64,000 bases of DNA from Octopus sinensis (Eukaryota), in assembly GCF_006345805.1 (NCBI RefSeq), contig NC_043001.1, forward strand, positions 88,722,001-88,786,000, written 5' to 3'. Positions 28,476-49,769 of the stretch are shown here, piece after piece. Each line of letters starts with the position of its first letter. The stretch's first letter is position 1. The position numbers were made by a program, and so were the translations under genes. A model generated the notes under the pieces. The model was given only the letters and a program-made list of their open reading frames with translations. It did no database searches and had not been told where the DNA came from.

Positions 28476-29049
28476 TCATTTTCGTATTATGGCTCTATAC
28501 TCATCAAACACTTCATTCTGAAGCATACATATACTGAGTTCTACACCAGGTTATTAGTCTTGCAATGCCTAAGCAAAATATATATATATATAAATACACA
28601 CACACACAAAATCTGTTTAAGCTAGTGCTTGGAAAAACTCTTAGGTCACTGTTGCCAACATTTTTCTTGTCAAATTATATATGTTTGTATTGCATGATTT
28701 CCATATGGTCTTACTCAAACAAGCACACAGAACCATTAGTGAATCATTGATGTAGAACATGTAGGTGCAGTATGACTGAATAGTGAAGAAGTTTGCTCCA
28801 TAACCATAAGGCTTTGGAGTCAATTCCACAGTATGATATCTTGACCAGAGATGTTTGTTTTCTGTAACCTTAATTTGAGCTACATCTTGTGTGTGAAGTT
28901 GGGTAGAGAGAAACTATAGAAGCTTGACTGGTGGATTGTATCTGAAATTCAAAAAGTACAGCCTTGTCAAATACTATATCATACTGATTCTGCTTAAGAA
29001 TTATGTTAAGAATACACGTGTCTGTGGAATACACAGCCACAGCCATTTA

Positions 29050-30342
29050 CGAGGAGGTACCCAAAAGTAACTAGAAACATTCTCTGTTGGACAACCCCAT
29101 TGTAGTTCAAGCTTCCATCACTTGATGCAACCCTCTAGCATCAGTCTGCCAACCAGCATTATCGGGTGGGGTGGTGCTGTGCTGCCAAGTGGAGTATCTT
29201 TGTTTCACAGTGCTTCTCCTTTGTTCATTGAGTTTTGCAATAGCTGAAACAAAGGAACAACATGTTTCCATGAAATTCTGTTTTCTGCCTGGGAAAACAA
29301 CTACTAAAACAGTTGTTATGCTTCAAACAGCTTACAAAGACACTGCCATGAGCAAAACATAAGTTTACGAGTGCTTTTCTTGCTTTAGGAATGGTCCCTT
29401 GTTGCTTGAAGATCAACCTCGTTCAGGGCGACTGTCGACCTCCTGAATGAAAAGCATCATGAAAATTCATGAACTGATTTTGGAGGACTGACACTGAACA
29501 ATTGACAAACTTCTTGATACAACTGGTATGTTCTGGATCTCCAGCCAACGAATTTTGAATGAGGAATTGCAAATGAAAAAAGTTGCAGTAAGATTTGTAC
29601 CTCACTTGCTCACGGAAGATCAAAAGCATTCATGACTGTGTACCATGATCTGAAAGAACAGTTGGAAGTTGATCGGGACCTTTTTTCAAAGGTCATCACT
29701 GGCAACGAAAGTTGTTGCTGTGGCCATGACCCGGAAACAAAGCAGCAATCAAGTCAATGAAAGCATTCAGTATCACCATGCCCACAAAAAGTGCATCAAG
29801 TGAAATCCAATGTCAAGATGATGCTGGTTTGTTTCATTGATGTGAAAGGAATTGTTCACACAATTTGTTTGACCTCCTGGTCAAACTGTTAACCAGACAT
29901 TTTGTGAGGTATTTGTGAGATGTGGTGAGATGAAAACGCCCCAACTTGTGACAAAGTGGAGAGTGATGGTTTCATCACAACAATATGCCAGTGCACACCA
30001 CCTTGAGTGTGAGGCAGTTTTCGACCAAAAATGGCATGACCCCACTTACTCACCCTCCCTATTCATCTAATCTTGCTCCCTGTGACATTTTTGTTCCTGA
30101 ATAAAAAAGTACTGAAAGGAAAAGGTTTTGCAGATGTGGAAGAGGTGAAGAAAAACATGGCAGAGGCGTTAAAAGGCATCACTTTGCAAGAGTTCCAGAA
30201 CTGCTTCAAACAGTGGAAAACACATCTGGACCAATGTAGTGCTTCAAATGGAGAATACGTTGAAGGCAATAAAAGTGTAAATATGTACGGCTAAGTGAAA
30301 AATAATATTGCAAAATTCCAGTTTCTTTTGGGTACCCCCTTG
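29050..30342 (+). mobile_element. Full-length (1.29 kb) decayed mariner transposon
   Basis: TA flanks at 29048-49 and 30343-44. TIRs cgaggaggtacccaaaagtaactag / ccagtttcttttgggtacccccttg. Transposase remnants AETKEQHVSMKFCF, ETKQQSSQ and HPPYSSNLAPCD, with stops and frameshifts. Confidence 0.92.
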
Positions 30343-33300
30343 TACTTATTAATTCAGGAGCAGGTAATGCAGTTGATCAAACAGCTGAATCCTCATCATC
30401 AAACAATGAAGATTCACCACCATCTTCATCATCATCATCATTTTAATGTCTACTTTTCCATGCTTATGTGGGTCAGATGGAATTCATTGAAGCTGATCTT
30501 TTATTGTTGGATGCCCTTCCTGTTGCCAACCCTCACTCGTTTCCAAGTACGTTATGTTTCCCATGGCCAGACATGTTTTCATGAATGACACTGCCTATAT
30601 GACAGTGATGTGTGTGGAGAGGGGGGAGGAACAAAGACGTTAGGGGAAATGTACACAGTAACCTTGTTGAAGTCAGTAATCTACAAAATCTCTGAGGTCA
30701 CTCTCAACCTCTTTTCTTGTAAAATTGTATGTGTTTGTGTGCATGTGTGGTATGTTTCCCACAAAGTATTATTTAAATAAGCACACAGTTATTGAATTAA
30801 GTATCTAAAGAAGAGCCATTAGTGAATTATTGATACAGAATAAGCTGCATAATTAATGTAGAAGACATCTTATACTCAGTTGATTTCAAAGAGAATTACA
30901 ACTCGGTGCTAAGTGGATATATGCTCACTTTTTGATTGTTCAGTTTTATGTAAAGTTACAGTTATCATAGCATTAGAACCACAATCATCAACACACACCA
31001 CTTTTGCAGCCACTATTACTCGCTCTACAACCACTGACACTACTCCTCTACAACCACCACTACCACTATACAACTATCACCAGAGCTCAGCAATCACCTC
31101 TATACAATCACCACTACTCTCTACAACTGCCATTACCCGTTTCTGACCACTGCTACTCCTCTTCAACCATCATTATACTGTTACAACTGCCACCACTATA
31201 CTTATAAAAGTGCCATCATTCCTATATCTACCCAACTATACTGTCACACTCCATCTTCTGTGTAACTATTATAACTACCACAATACTCCACTTCAGTAAT
31301 CATTTGTCTAGCCTGCTGACTAGGCAATGTGTTGTGTCTAGACAACTGTACATATAGCACTTGTGGCTGTGTAGTAGCTTGATACCTGTACATTATATCA
31401 CCTATAGCTCAGTACCAACTCACAACCCGTTCAAATATTCAACCAGCTTTTGTGATTTTTTAATATCTTGAATTACTGAGATGAATTTTGAAAAAGTTTT
31501 AGTTAACATTTTTAAAACTAAATTCCTCATCCAATTTTGATTTTTACATGCAGCTAGGTAGTTTGTGGTGTGGTTCTGTGTTCACCATACTTCCTGTAGA
31601 ATTTGATACACAGAATACAATCTCTCTTGGCAGATGAGTTCCAGTTTGATTCAGTATTATGATAATACAATAACAAACACCACAGCACAAACTGAAGACA
31701 TATTGGCAACAGCAAAGTCAGTTGTTAACAGGGCCATGTTAACCAGCTGAGTATTGTCTCATGTTTTTAATTAATGTATCACCCTAACTTTAATGACACA
31801 GTCTGCAGCTCCTCCCATATAGGCTGAGATAAATATTGATAGAAGAAGCAGCAAATAAAGTACATTTGGGGGCAATACATTGTAGAATCTGTAGAAAATA
31901 CATAAAATACCTGACAGTATTTAGGTAGGTCCTTAAAACATTTTGAGTTGAAACCTTTCTAGAATTGACTTTACCTTTCATCCTCTGGCCCCAATAAAGT
32001 AAGTACCAGTAATATACTAGGAGCAAATTCAATTCACTATTCTAATGTTTTCTATAAATGTTGCTGCTGTAAGGCAGCAGTATTAACCTACAATGAAAAT
32101 GTTGCTGTGTATTGGAAGCTAATACTTTGAAATCCACCCCCATCTAGTATGGCTGTTGTTTCAGCCGTTACCATCTCCCATCACCAGTAAGCTATAGTTG
32201 TACTCAAGATTTTCTTTTCCAGTTAGGGACCAGGGACACCTTTTCAACATTACATTTGAAATTTGTATGAAGTTTTTCTTTTCTTCGTTTATTTTTTTCT
32301 TTGATGGCTTCTTTGACATTATTTTATACAGACATGCATCACATACATAAATGCACACAACCACAGACTTGCAGTCCATTTATCTCTGATTTTAGTTAGC
32401 ATGTCTATATGAGCACAACTAATATTCCCCCCACCTCACATTTCCATCCTCCACTACAATACATGTAGTTTCTAGAGATAAGGTTGAGATTGCCTGTTAT
32501 TTTACCCCACTTCAACTTTCCTCGTTGATCTGCGTCCCCACGATCTCTTGGTTTCCTGTCCTTCACCCAGTCTTCTTAGCTTGCTTTGCTCAATAGCTGT
32601 AGTTTCCTCCGTCCCCACTAGCCTTCTCCTTTATTCCCTGTTAAAATTGTAACCATGGTAACCAGATGCAGTATTTTGTAACCCACATTGCTACATTGCT
32701 AAAGTGTTGTTATATTGTTACTGGTGTTGTATTTGAAGTTTTCTTAAATGCGAAAATCTCTCTAGCCAAGCATTTCATGATGTAAGTATCGTGTCTCTAA
32801 ATAATGATTTCTAACATAAGGCTACATATTTGCAGAAACAAAAGTTGTTTGTATTACCAGGACAATGAAAAGCAAAGTCAACCTTGGTGCAATTATTGCA
32901 AGAGCACAAATAATAAGAAAAAGATTTGAAGTCAGAATCTAAATGATTGTATCTTAATAGTTAATAAGGCATTTATTTCATGCTCCACCAATACTGTCAA
33001 CCATCATCTAATTGCTACAATAAAGATTTTTAACATAAGTACAAAGCCTCAAATTTGGGGTTGTAAACATCCAATTAAAGTAACCTCACTATATTACTAG
33101 GTCTTTATTTGATTAACTGCAGACAGAGAAAATTAAGGTCAGCCCCAGTAGGATTTGAACTCGTAAAATAAATCAACATTGCTAAATACCTTAGGACATC
33201 TTATCCAATGCTCTACCCATTCTGTTCTGTTGGCAGCAAGCCACACATTAATAGAGGAAGCAATTGAGAAAATTGACCCAGTACTTAATTAAGACTCCAT

Positions 33301-33893
33301 TTTATAAATCTCATAAGGAAGAAAGACAAGGCCAATTTTAGCAAGATATACTCAGTCCATAAAGAACATGAGTAAATACTGCTAGGCATTGTGTCCAATA
33401 CTCTACTAATTCTTGCTAATCCAAATGAGATTTGTGACCTGATGTTACTGGTATCACTTGAAATGAATATACATACATCTTTTTACTCTAGTTTGACTGG
33501 TATCTAGGCAAAACAAATTATCACCATCAGTATTAATCCAACAGAGGTCAACTTGATTTTCATCCATTTGGGATCAATAAAATATTCCAAATGACTGGCT
33601 TTGTCCCTATATTAGAAATGATAATAATAATTGTTATTATTATTGTTCTCATTAATATTAAGGGTAGTGTATTTCAGAATATGCCATGCAAAATGCCTTG
33701 CTTTATTCATGTACTTTTACATTTGTGTTCAATCTTGATCAAGATGATAAAAATAATATCAATCAAATGTTTAGGTTACTATAATTGTTACTATAATTAC
33801 TATAACAGGTTACTGAAATATATACTCTTGTCCCTACATCAAAAATTATTATTATTATTATTATTATTATTATCATCATCATTATTATTATTA

Positions 33894-34577
33894 AGGCAGC
33901 AACTTGGCAGAGTTGTTAGCATGCTGAGCAAAATGCTTAGCAGCATTTCATCCATCCTTACATACTGAGTTCAAATTCCATCAAAGTCAACTTTACCTTT
34001 CATCCTTTCAGGGTCAGTGATATAAGTACCAGTTGAACATTAGGGTCAATGTAATCAACTATTCCCCTCCCCCAAATTTCAGGCCTTGTGCCTATAGTAG
34101 AAGGGATTATTATTATAAAGGCAGCAAGCTGGCAGAATCATTAGCATGCTGGGCAAAATGTTTGGCGGTATTTCATCTGTCTTCATGTTCTGAGTTCAAA
34201 TTCTGCCAAGGTCAGCTTTGCCTTTCATCCTTTCAAGATTGATGAAATAAGTACAGTTGAGCATTGGAGTCAATGTAGTTTAACTAGTCCCCTCCCCAAA
34301 ATTTCAGGCCTTGTGCCTAGAGTAGAAAATATTATTATTATTATTATTATTACAACTACTGCAGCAAGCTGGCAGAATTGTTAGTGCATTGGACAAAATA
34401 CTTTGCAGCATTTTGTTCTGTTTTTTACAATCTGATTTCTGACTGGGGTCAACTTTGCTTTTCATTCTTTCAGGGTCAAATACTGGGGTCAGTGTAATTT
34501 ACTAACTCTCACCCTCTAAAGAATTGCTGGCCTTGTACCAAAATTTGAAACAATTATTTTTATTGCTGTTGTTGTTA

Positions 34578-34611
<34 letters not shown>

Positions 34612-35100
34612 CATTATTATTGTTATTGTTATTATTATTATTATTGTTATTATTATTATTATGGCAAGCTGGCAGAATCATTAGCATGCCAGACAAAATG
34701 CTTAGTGGTATTTTGTTTGTCTTAATGTTCTGAGTCCAAATTCCGCCATGGTCAACTTCACCTTTCATCCCTTCAGGGTTGATGAAATAAGTACCAGTTG
34801 AACACTGGGGGTCAATGTAATCGATTAGCCCTCCTCCTAATATTTCAAGTCTTGTGCCTGTAGTATTAATTATTCTTATTATTATTGAAGGTGATGGGTT
34901 GGCTGAAATTTTAGTGTAAGACTAAATACCTTGGGGTATTTGTTTCAGGTCTTTTTTCTAAGTTCAAATCCCATCAATGTCAACTTTGTCTTTCATCTTT
35001 TCAGAGTCGATAAAATAAAGCACCAGTCAAGTACGGAGCCTATACAATAACAAACCATCTCCCTTCAAAATTACTAGCTTTGTGTCTAAATTAGAAACAA
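33894..35100 (+). mobile_element. Head-to-tail cluster of about 5 SINE-like copies separated by (TTA)n
   Basis: Recurrent ggcagcaagctggcagaatc.ttagcatg...gagttcaaatt...ctttgcctttcatcctttca.g...taagtaccagt at about 33894, 34119, 34360, 34662 and 34890. Older copies lie at 32.8-33.4 kb. Confidence 0.8.
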
Positions 35101-35321
35101 TTATTATTATTATTGTCTTTTATTTTTTAGCCCAGAGATGGAAAATTTATGAAAGCTGATTTGGAAGTCTGTGATTTTCTTGACTTATTAATTTTGTGTG
35201 TTTATGGCACTTTAGTTGTGTTCTACTCTGGAGTTACATATCTCACTCTCCCTAGTTGTCTGACTGTCTTGTCTCCCTTGTTTCCATCATTATCATTATG
35301 TTGTTGTTGTTCTCCTTGCAG

Positions 35322-35436
35322 TGCTATCAAAGAACAGTAAGACATTGAACACCACAATCTTGAACCCTCATGTACACCTTCTTGGTGACGATGCAGCATG
35401 CATTGCCTATGTTCGACTCACACAGTATATTGACAG
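35322..35436 (+). CDS. CaMKII: CaMKII hub exon: [39 protein letters not shown]
   Basis: Acceptor tctccttgcAG and donor AG|GTAAAG. 115 nt, phase 1 to phase 2. Carries the hallmark [26 protein letters not shown] motif. Confidence 0.97.
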
Positions 35437-35753
35437 GTAAAGACAACTTTCTAAATCTCAGCACTATATTCACTACCACTATCATCATAATATCACTATC
35501 AACATAACACCATCATTATAATAACTGTCGTCCTCATTGTTTTCGACATTATTACTCTTTTAAAATCTGTTTCTCTGTACATGATTTGTCACTTGTTGCT
35601 TGTTGTTTAGACCCTGGTTGAGGGTTATAATTGTAAGTATCGCATAGATATGCAACACAGCTTCTTTATACTTCAGTCTTATATGATCTAGAAAAGTTTC
35701 CCATTAATGGACTTCGTCCATCTCTCATCTCTTGAATCAGTAGTTCCCTATCT

Positions 35754-35821
35754 GAATGCATCATTGCAGAATGCATCATTGCAGAATGCATCATTGCAGA
35801 ATGCATCATTGCAGAATGCAT
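35754..35821 (+). repeat. Tandem repeat, 4.5 x gaatgcatcattgca (15 bp)
   Basis: Four perfect units plus a partial fifth. Confidence 0.95.
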
Positions 35822-37210
35822 TGACTTACTGCTCCACTCTCAGTCAACTCTGGTGTACCCCTAGGTTTAATCTTTGTCCCCCACTTTCTTTTATGTGTTA
35901 CCATACCTAACAATACCCATTCTTATGCAAATAATCCAACCTTTCATTCCTACCCAGCCTTTCCCCACCAAGCATTATCCACACACAACCTAAACACTAT
36001 GCACCAAACTTGTATTGATTCCAGAATGGATACCTTAAAAGGATACCTTAAATGCATCATTCTTTTAAATGCAAAACACTCAAGCCTTACTTATACCAAG
36101 AAAACACCACTGCATTGCACCACATCCCCTAAACATGAGTAGCACTCAGCTTGAGCCCTCACAATTGCTCTAAATGCTGGGCCTCATTTTCACCAAGGAT
36201 CTCTCCTGGTAAAAGCACACCTTTAGTAAAGCTAGGACCACATCCCTTCTCTTTAAGGCCAGAAAACATTTTAGCCCTTAACATATGCTGACAATCTGCG
36301 AGGTCTAAGGGAAGCTGCCAATGGAGTATTTCTCCCACATCTAGGAAGGTGCTGTTCCGTGCACACAAACGTGTCCTGGACTGGTTCCAGAGAAGGACCA
36401 CTCAACTGTTGGCATTAAATCGCTAACAGTCATGCTTCAGCCTCTAATTCATAAGCATGCTGTCTCTTCTCTCTGTATTTTATATTGCCACTATAATGGT
36501 CTCTGTTCCTTGAAACTGGATGGATGACTGATGTATCTTTTCCATTCAGGCCCCCTCAACCCACTCATCTCTCCACTTCTTGTTAACCTTGTTCATCCAG
36601 TTTTCCCATTTGATCCCACAATAACCACTATCTCCAGTCCTTCCCCCCCCCCCCAGAACATTGCTCCACTGGAATCTCTGCCCTGCACATATCCTTTCTA
36701 CAGGTGTTTATCTGCAACATTTGACACAAAACATTAGCAACATCAAGCTCACCAATTTCAGAGGGTCTGCAAAGTTCATGAGCACTTCTTCTTTCAGACT
36801 AAGTAAAGGAAAAAAAAAACATCTAATCAGTGGTGTTTAGTTTCCTCACATTTCACTTAACTACATTTAACCAAATCTTCCTCACTCTACCTCTTATGAA
36901 ATCTTCTACCAATACCAGTTTATATTACAATATAGTAAACGTTTCCTGCTTACATTATGTCATCTCCCTAACACGATCTTATATATGTGTAATCACTGCT
37001 CACTAAATAGGCCCTTTTGAAAACCCTGGTCACCAGTTAATATTCACCATTCTTAGCTCCTGTTACAAACTGTTATCAATATGTAAATTAGCTTACTCAC
37101 TTTTATAGCACTATGTTGCTGTCAATTTTGAACAAAGAAACCTGCAATCAAAAGAACCTCAACCACAATCATTTTGTTTGTTTAGTGGTATTCAGGACTA
37201 AATGATTGTA

Positions 37211-38422
37211 TGAGGGTCAGCTGAAAAGCTCATAGACTGATCAAGATACTCTCATGAATTGTGATCAAATGAGGTTTAGTTTTCAACATAGTCTACATCA
37301 GTGTTGCAGTGTTTCAATCCCATTGGTGAAGTAGCTTTCAACCTGTTGGTCAAAAAGTCATCAACAGCAGATGTGATGCTATCATCACTGCGATAGTGGT
37401 TTCCTACCAAGTGTTTCTCCATGTTGGAGAACAGATGATAGCCAGATAGGGCCAAATCAGGAAAATGGGGATGGTGATCAAGCAGTTCAAAACCACAGTC
37501 ATGCACAGCATCCTTTGAAACCAAGAACTTGTGTGCTGGAGTATTGTCCTGATGAAACAAGACCCCTTTTGTCACTTTTCCTAGGTGTTTGGTCTTGATA
37601 GCCTCTACTTACTACCTCAGCAAGTTGGCATAGTACTCTCCATTGATGGTGTGGCCCTTTTGAAGATAGTCAATAAATAATGCCTTTTGCATAAAAAAAA
37701 ACAGGATATCACCTTCCCTGCAGATGAAATGATATTGGCCTTCTTTGGAGCAGCATTCATTATCTCTTTGTCTCTGGTTTAAAGTGATGAAGCCAACATC
37801 ATCCTAGGTTAGAAAACATTCAAGAAAACCAGCTGGATCTGCCAGAAACAATGTCAGGTTTTTCCAAGATATAATCAGCCTGGTGTGCTTATGGTCAGGT
37901 GTCAGAAGACATGGCACCTACCAAGCAGAAACCTTTGTCATGCCAAGTTCATTGTGCAGGATATTCTGAATTATCTCATGGGATATGCTAATAGCATTGG
38001 CTATTTGATTTGTAGTCAATCACCTGTCATCCATCACCGTGTGGTGAACATGATCAATGTTTTCCTTGGTGGCAGCAGTCTTCAAGACTCTCTCTTCCCC
38101 TCCTAAATTCAGAAGCTCTCTTTTGCACTGTTGGTAAAGCTGGAGTGTTATCCCCTAATGTAGCAACTATGTCAGCATGAATGTTGTTGGGTGCTAAACC
38201 GTTTTTCTGCAGGTAACTTGATAACACAACAATGTCGAAATTTGCCCATTTTCAAGAGAAGTTGCTACTAGTTGCTACTAGTTTTCTTTTAACAATCAGA
38301 TATGTGTTTACCTGGAAAGAAACAATGTAGTTGTTAATAATAAGTGTTGAAATTAATGCATGCAAGATTTCACAGCTCTAGCATCATTCTTTCATAGTCA
38401 TGAACTTTTCAGTCCAGCTTCA
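37211..38422 (-). mobile_element. Full-length decayed mariner transposon
   Basis: TA-flanked imperfect TIRs (tgagggtcagctgaaaagctcat / atgaacttttcagtccagcttca). ORF 37276-37575 gives LFHQDNTPAH...LDHHPHFPDLALSGYHLF, the mariner D,D34D region. Confidence 0.88.
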
Positions 38423-38982
38423 TATAAGTATCATCACTTACTTTACACACTAAGGTGTGATTTGATGAGATTTGGCTGATATTTCTAACAGGTCAAGTAA
38501 CCACTTAGAGACTGCCTTGTTAATATATATATTTAGAGAGTTATAAGCTGTGATCTCAGAACATTGGGGTTAACCCTTTCTGTTGAAAAACACTACTTCT
38601 CTTTTGATTTATTTTGAAAATAACAAATTTAGTGAAATAACTGTAATTATGAAGCTGGTGTTTAGAGCATAAATTAACTTGAAATTTTAATGAAAGGTTC
38701 TAATTTAGATTCCTTTTAAAACAGATAATTTGTATCAAAGGACTAAAGGTGGTCTCAGATTAAACAACAACAGAGAATGCTTAACAAGATAGGAACTTTG
38801 GTTACCCCTTATCTATGTCATTTTAGTCCTGAAGGTATTTAGTCTGTAGCAAATCTATCCTATTTTATACATTTTGATTAACTGCATATTTTAATATTAT
38901 GAGTACCACAGTGAGGTATGTATTTCGGTTGTAAGTAATCCATGAGTAAAACTGTTCATTCCTGTTGTTATTGTAATTTCAG

Positions 38983-39103
38983 AGATGGTGTTCCAATCAC
39001 TGTTCAGTCAGAGGAGACAAGAGTGTGGCAAAGGAAGGATGGCAAATGGCAGAATGTACATTTTCATCGCTCAGGATCATTGCAAGCTGTCTCATCAAAA
39101 TAG
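38983..39103 (+). CDS. CaMKII: CaMKII last coding exon: [39 protein letters not shown]
   Basis: Acceptor gtaatttcAG, phase 2. Carries the hallmark [23 protein letters not shown] motif; TAG at 39101-39103. Confidence 0.97.
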
Positions 39104-46970
<7,867 letters not shown>

Positions 46971-47405
46971 TCAGTGAATTATCACATTTGTGGAGAGGAC
47001 AGAGCTATTATATTGTCAACTTAATACAGTTATTATTTTATTAATCTTCAATTACAAACACAGTTGTTTATTCATTGCTTTTTTTAGAGTTTTTGATACA
47101 TGATGTGGTTTACACTAGATCATGCATCTGTGGCTTATTGCAGTATTTCTTATTGGTGGTAGGATGAGGGAGGGCCTCTCTGACCCTATAGAGGATTAAA
47201 AGGTGGATGTGGGGCAAATTATATTGACTAAAATTAAGATGGTATTACCCTTTGTGTTACTATATTTCTGTTCGAATACACCTTCTTTATTTCAATTAAT
47301 TTTGAAATTAATGAATAATTTAGTAAAATAACTTTGTCATCGTTAAGCTGAGTTTTGGAACATAACATGAAATTCTGATGGAATGTTTAATTTAGTTCAC
47401 TTTAA

Positions 47406-47626
47406 CCCTTTAGCATTCAAACTGGCCATATCTGGCCCAAATATTCTACCTCTTTTTTGTTCAGACTGACCAGATGCAGCCTCTCACATTTACCCTACAA
47501 TGCCATTCTGAAACTAAAACATTTACATTATCAAAATTGTGAAGCTTTGAGATCATACGTGATTAATTCAAAACAATGTGAATAAATATGGATTATATTT
47601 AACAGAGTAATCTGAATACTAAAGGG
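47406..47626. mobile_element. piggyBac-type MITE with TTAA target duplication
   Basis: TTAA|ccctttagcattcaaa ... tctgaatactaaaggg|TTAA. Sits inside a second MITE-like sequence (about 47265-47670) that resembles 38570-38760. Confidence 0.8.
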
Positions 47627-48081
47627 TTAAAACAAGAAGTTAATATCATGAAACCAGGACAGTATAAGGCAAGTTAGTATGGAAATGGTTGAATGTTTTA
47701 AACTCCTGTTCCATAGCAAAGAAAAAAGAATTATGAAGATACAAACTCTGTTTTATCTTCTTGTTAATAAAGAAGAAAATGAGGAGAGGAAAGATTTTTC
47801 AATAATATTCAAATGGTGGGGTAGCTATTTTGCAGTTTTGAAACCACTGGGCCAAGCAGATAACAAAATTACTACCTTTGGTTTAGAAATAAGGAATCCA
47901 GGTTTGATTCCAATCTCATACTACACACATATCCAGGAATAAGAAAGACACTTGTTAATGATCATTAATCAAACTAATCAAAACAACATGTGGATGTAAA
48001 AGGTTTTAAAATTCATTTCATCTCTACAAGTATGATTAATAGTGCTAAATATAATTAACAGGTTGTTGCAGACATTTAAAT

Positions 48082-48450
48082 GCGCAGGATTGGCTGTGTG
48101 GTAAGTAGCTTGCTTACCATCCACATGGTTCTGGGTTTCAGTCCCACTGCGTGGCACTTTGGTCAGGTGTCTTCTACTATAGCCTTGGGCCAACCAAAGC
48201 CTTGTGAGTGGATTTGGTAGATGGAAACTGAAAGAAGCCCATCATATGTATATGTATATATACATGCGTGTGTGTCAGTGTTTGTCCCTCCCCAATATCG
48301 CTTGACAACCAATGCTGGTGTGTTTACGCCCCCATAACTTAGCGGTTTGGCAAAAGAGACCGATAGAATAAGTCCTGGGGTCGATTTGCTCAACTAAGCA
48401 TGGTACTCCAGCATGGTTGCAGTCAAATGACTGAAACAAGTAAAGAGAGA
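48082..48450 (+). mobile_element. Near-complete tRNA-derived SINE
   Basis: Box-A/B-like head (tggctgtgtggtaag...ggtttcagtccc), internal microsatellite and 3' domain. Partial copies at about 2975-3240, 52015-52255 and 58095-58290 (-) and at 14350-14480 and 18856-19030 (+). Confidence 0.75.
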
Positions 48451-49685
48451 GAGTGTGAGTGTGTATATTTGTAATAAAATGTATGTCTTAACAAGATATG
48501 CACATATACCATCATCATCTAATGACTCTTCCATGCTGGTCTGAGTTGGATAGTATGATGGGATCCAATGAGTTTAAGGACTGATCATGCACCAATGTTT
48601 TTGGCATGGTTTCTACAGCTGCCCTCTCACCACCACTTCCTAATGCGTTTTTCATAACACCAGTTCTAGTAGCCATAAGATTTGCAAGATCCCCTTCAAC
48701 TGAGTGGGATTATACTAGAAAAGGAGGTGGCTTTATGCTAGGTTTTGTGTAGAAGAGATACATGGCTACCTCGCAGTGAATGAGAGTAATCAGTGGAATT
48801 GGAAAGAAGGTGGCAATGTATCACATTGAGTTTTCAAGGTACCCAAAGGAAAATAGAAGAGGGAGTGGACGGGGACAAGCATGGAAAGGGTGGGTGCCAG
48901 TTGCAAGAGTGTATGGGAAGAGCAAGAGGTAGTTGGAGATGGAGTAGAAGTGAATGAGATGAAGGTAGTGAGTGGTAAACAAGGGCAGAGTGGGTTGATG
49001 ACAAATATGAGTTGTAGGGGTGAGTGGGCAGTGCAAAAAGAATGAAGAGCAGCTTAATAGTAATAATATGGCAGACAGCAGAAGAATGAGAAAAAGGGAT
49101 ATGACAGGTGAGAAGTAGCTTGCAAGAATGTGTGGAGAGAGTGAGAGTTATATGGTGAATAGTGGGGGTAAGTCAACAAGCAGTGGTTCAAGTAGAGGGA
49201 GATATAATAGCACAGAAGGATGTGGGGACGGTGTTAAGAATGAGTGATGGATGTCAGAAGTAGGAAAGATAGCTGGTTGAACAGAAATGGATGATGAAAT
49301 ATGTAGTTCTCTCATTTAATTACAGCAGTAGAATACTGCATAAGGTGATGACAGGGGTGGGGAGTGAGGAGTCCAGTTGTGTATATATATACACACACAA
49401 TCATTGAATTGTGTCAAAAGAAAATGAGAAAGGAATTTTTAAGTTGTCTCATAGAGTATATTAGCTTATTGAAACTGAATTTATCCCTCACAATTCAAGT
49501 TTCAGACCAATGTATGTGTACGTATATATATATATATATATATATCATCATCATCATCAAAAGCATCCGCTTTCCATGCTAGCATGGGTTGGACGGTTCA
49601 ACTAGGGTCTGGGAAGCCAGAAGGCTGCACCATGCCCAGTCTGATCTGGCAATGTTTCTACAGCTGGATGCCCTTCCTAACGCCA

Positions 49686-49720
<35 letters not shown>

Positions 49721-49769
49721 CCTATGAATATACATATGTATGTGTATATAAAAAAAAATATGAGAAACA

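Noticed and set aside
31634-31750. Acceptor ttggcAG followed by a 38-codon frame (MSSSLIQYYDNT...)
   Set aside because: The open frame is phase 0. In the phase-1 CaMKII frame a stop comes after 9 codons, and there is no donor.
34502-34768. Poly-Asn and poly-Leu ORFs
   Set aside because: They are (TTA)n tracts between SINE-like copies.
36120-36420. ORF 36159-36401 (-) as a nested gene
   Set aside because: No splice or start context and no recognisable domain. Probably a decayed retroelement fragment that I cannot assign.
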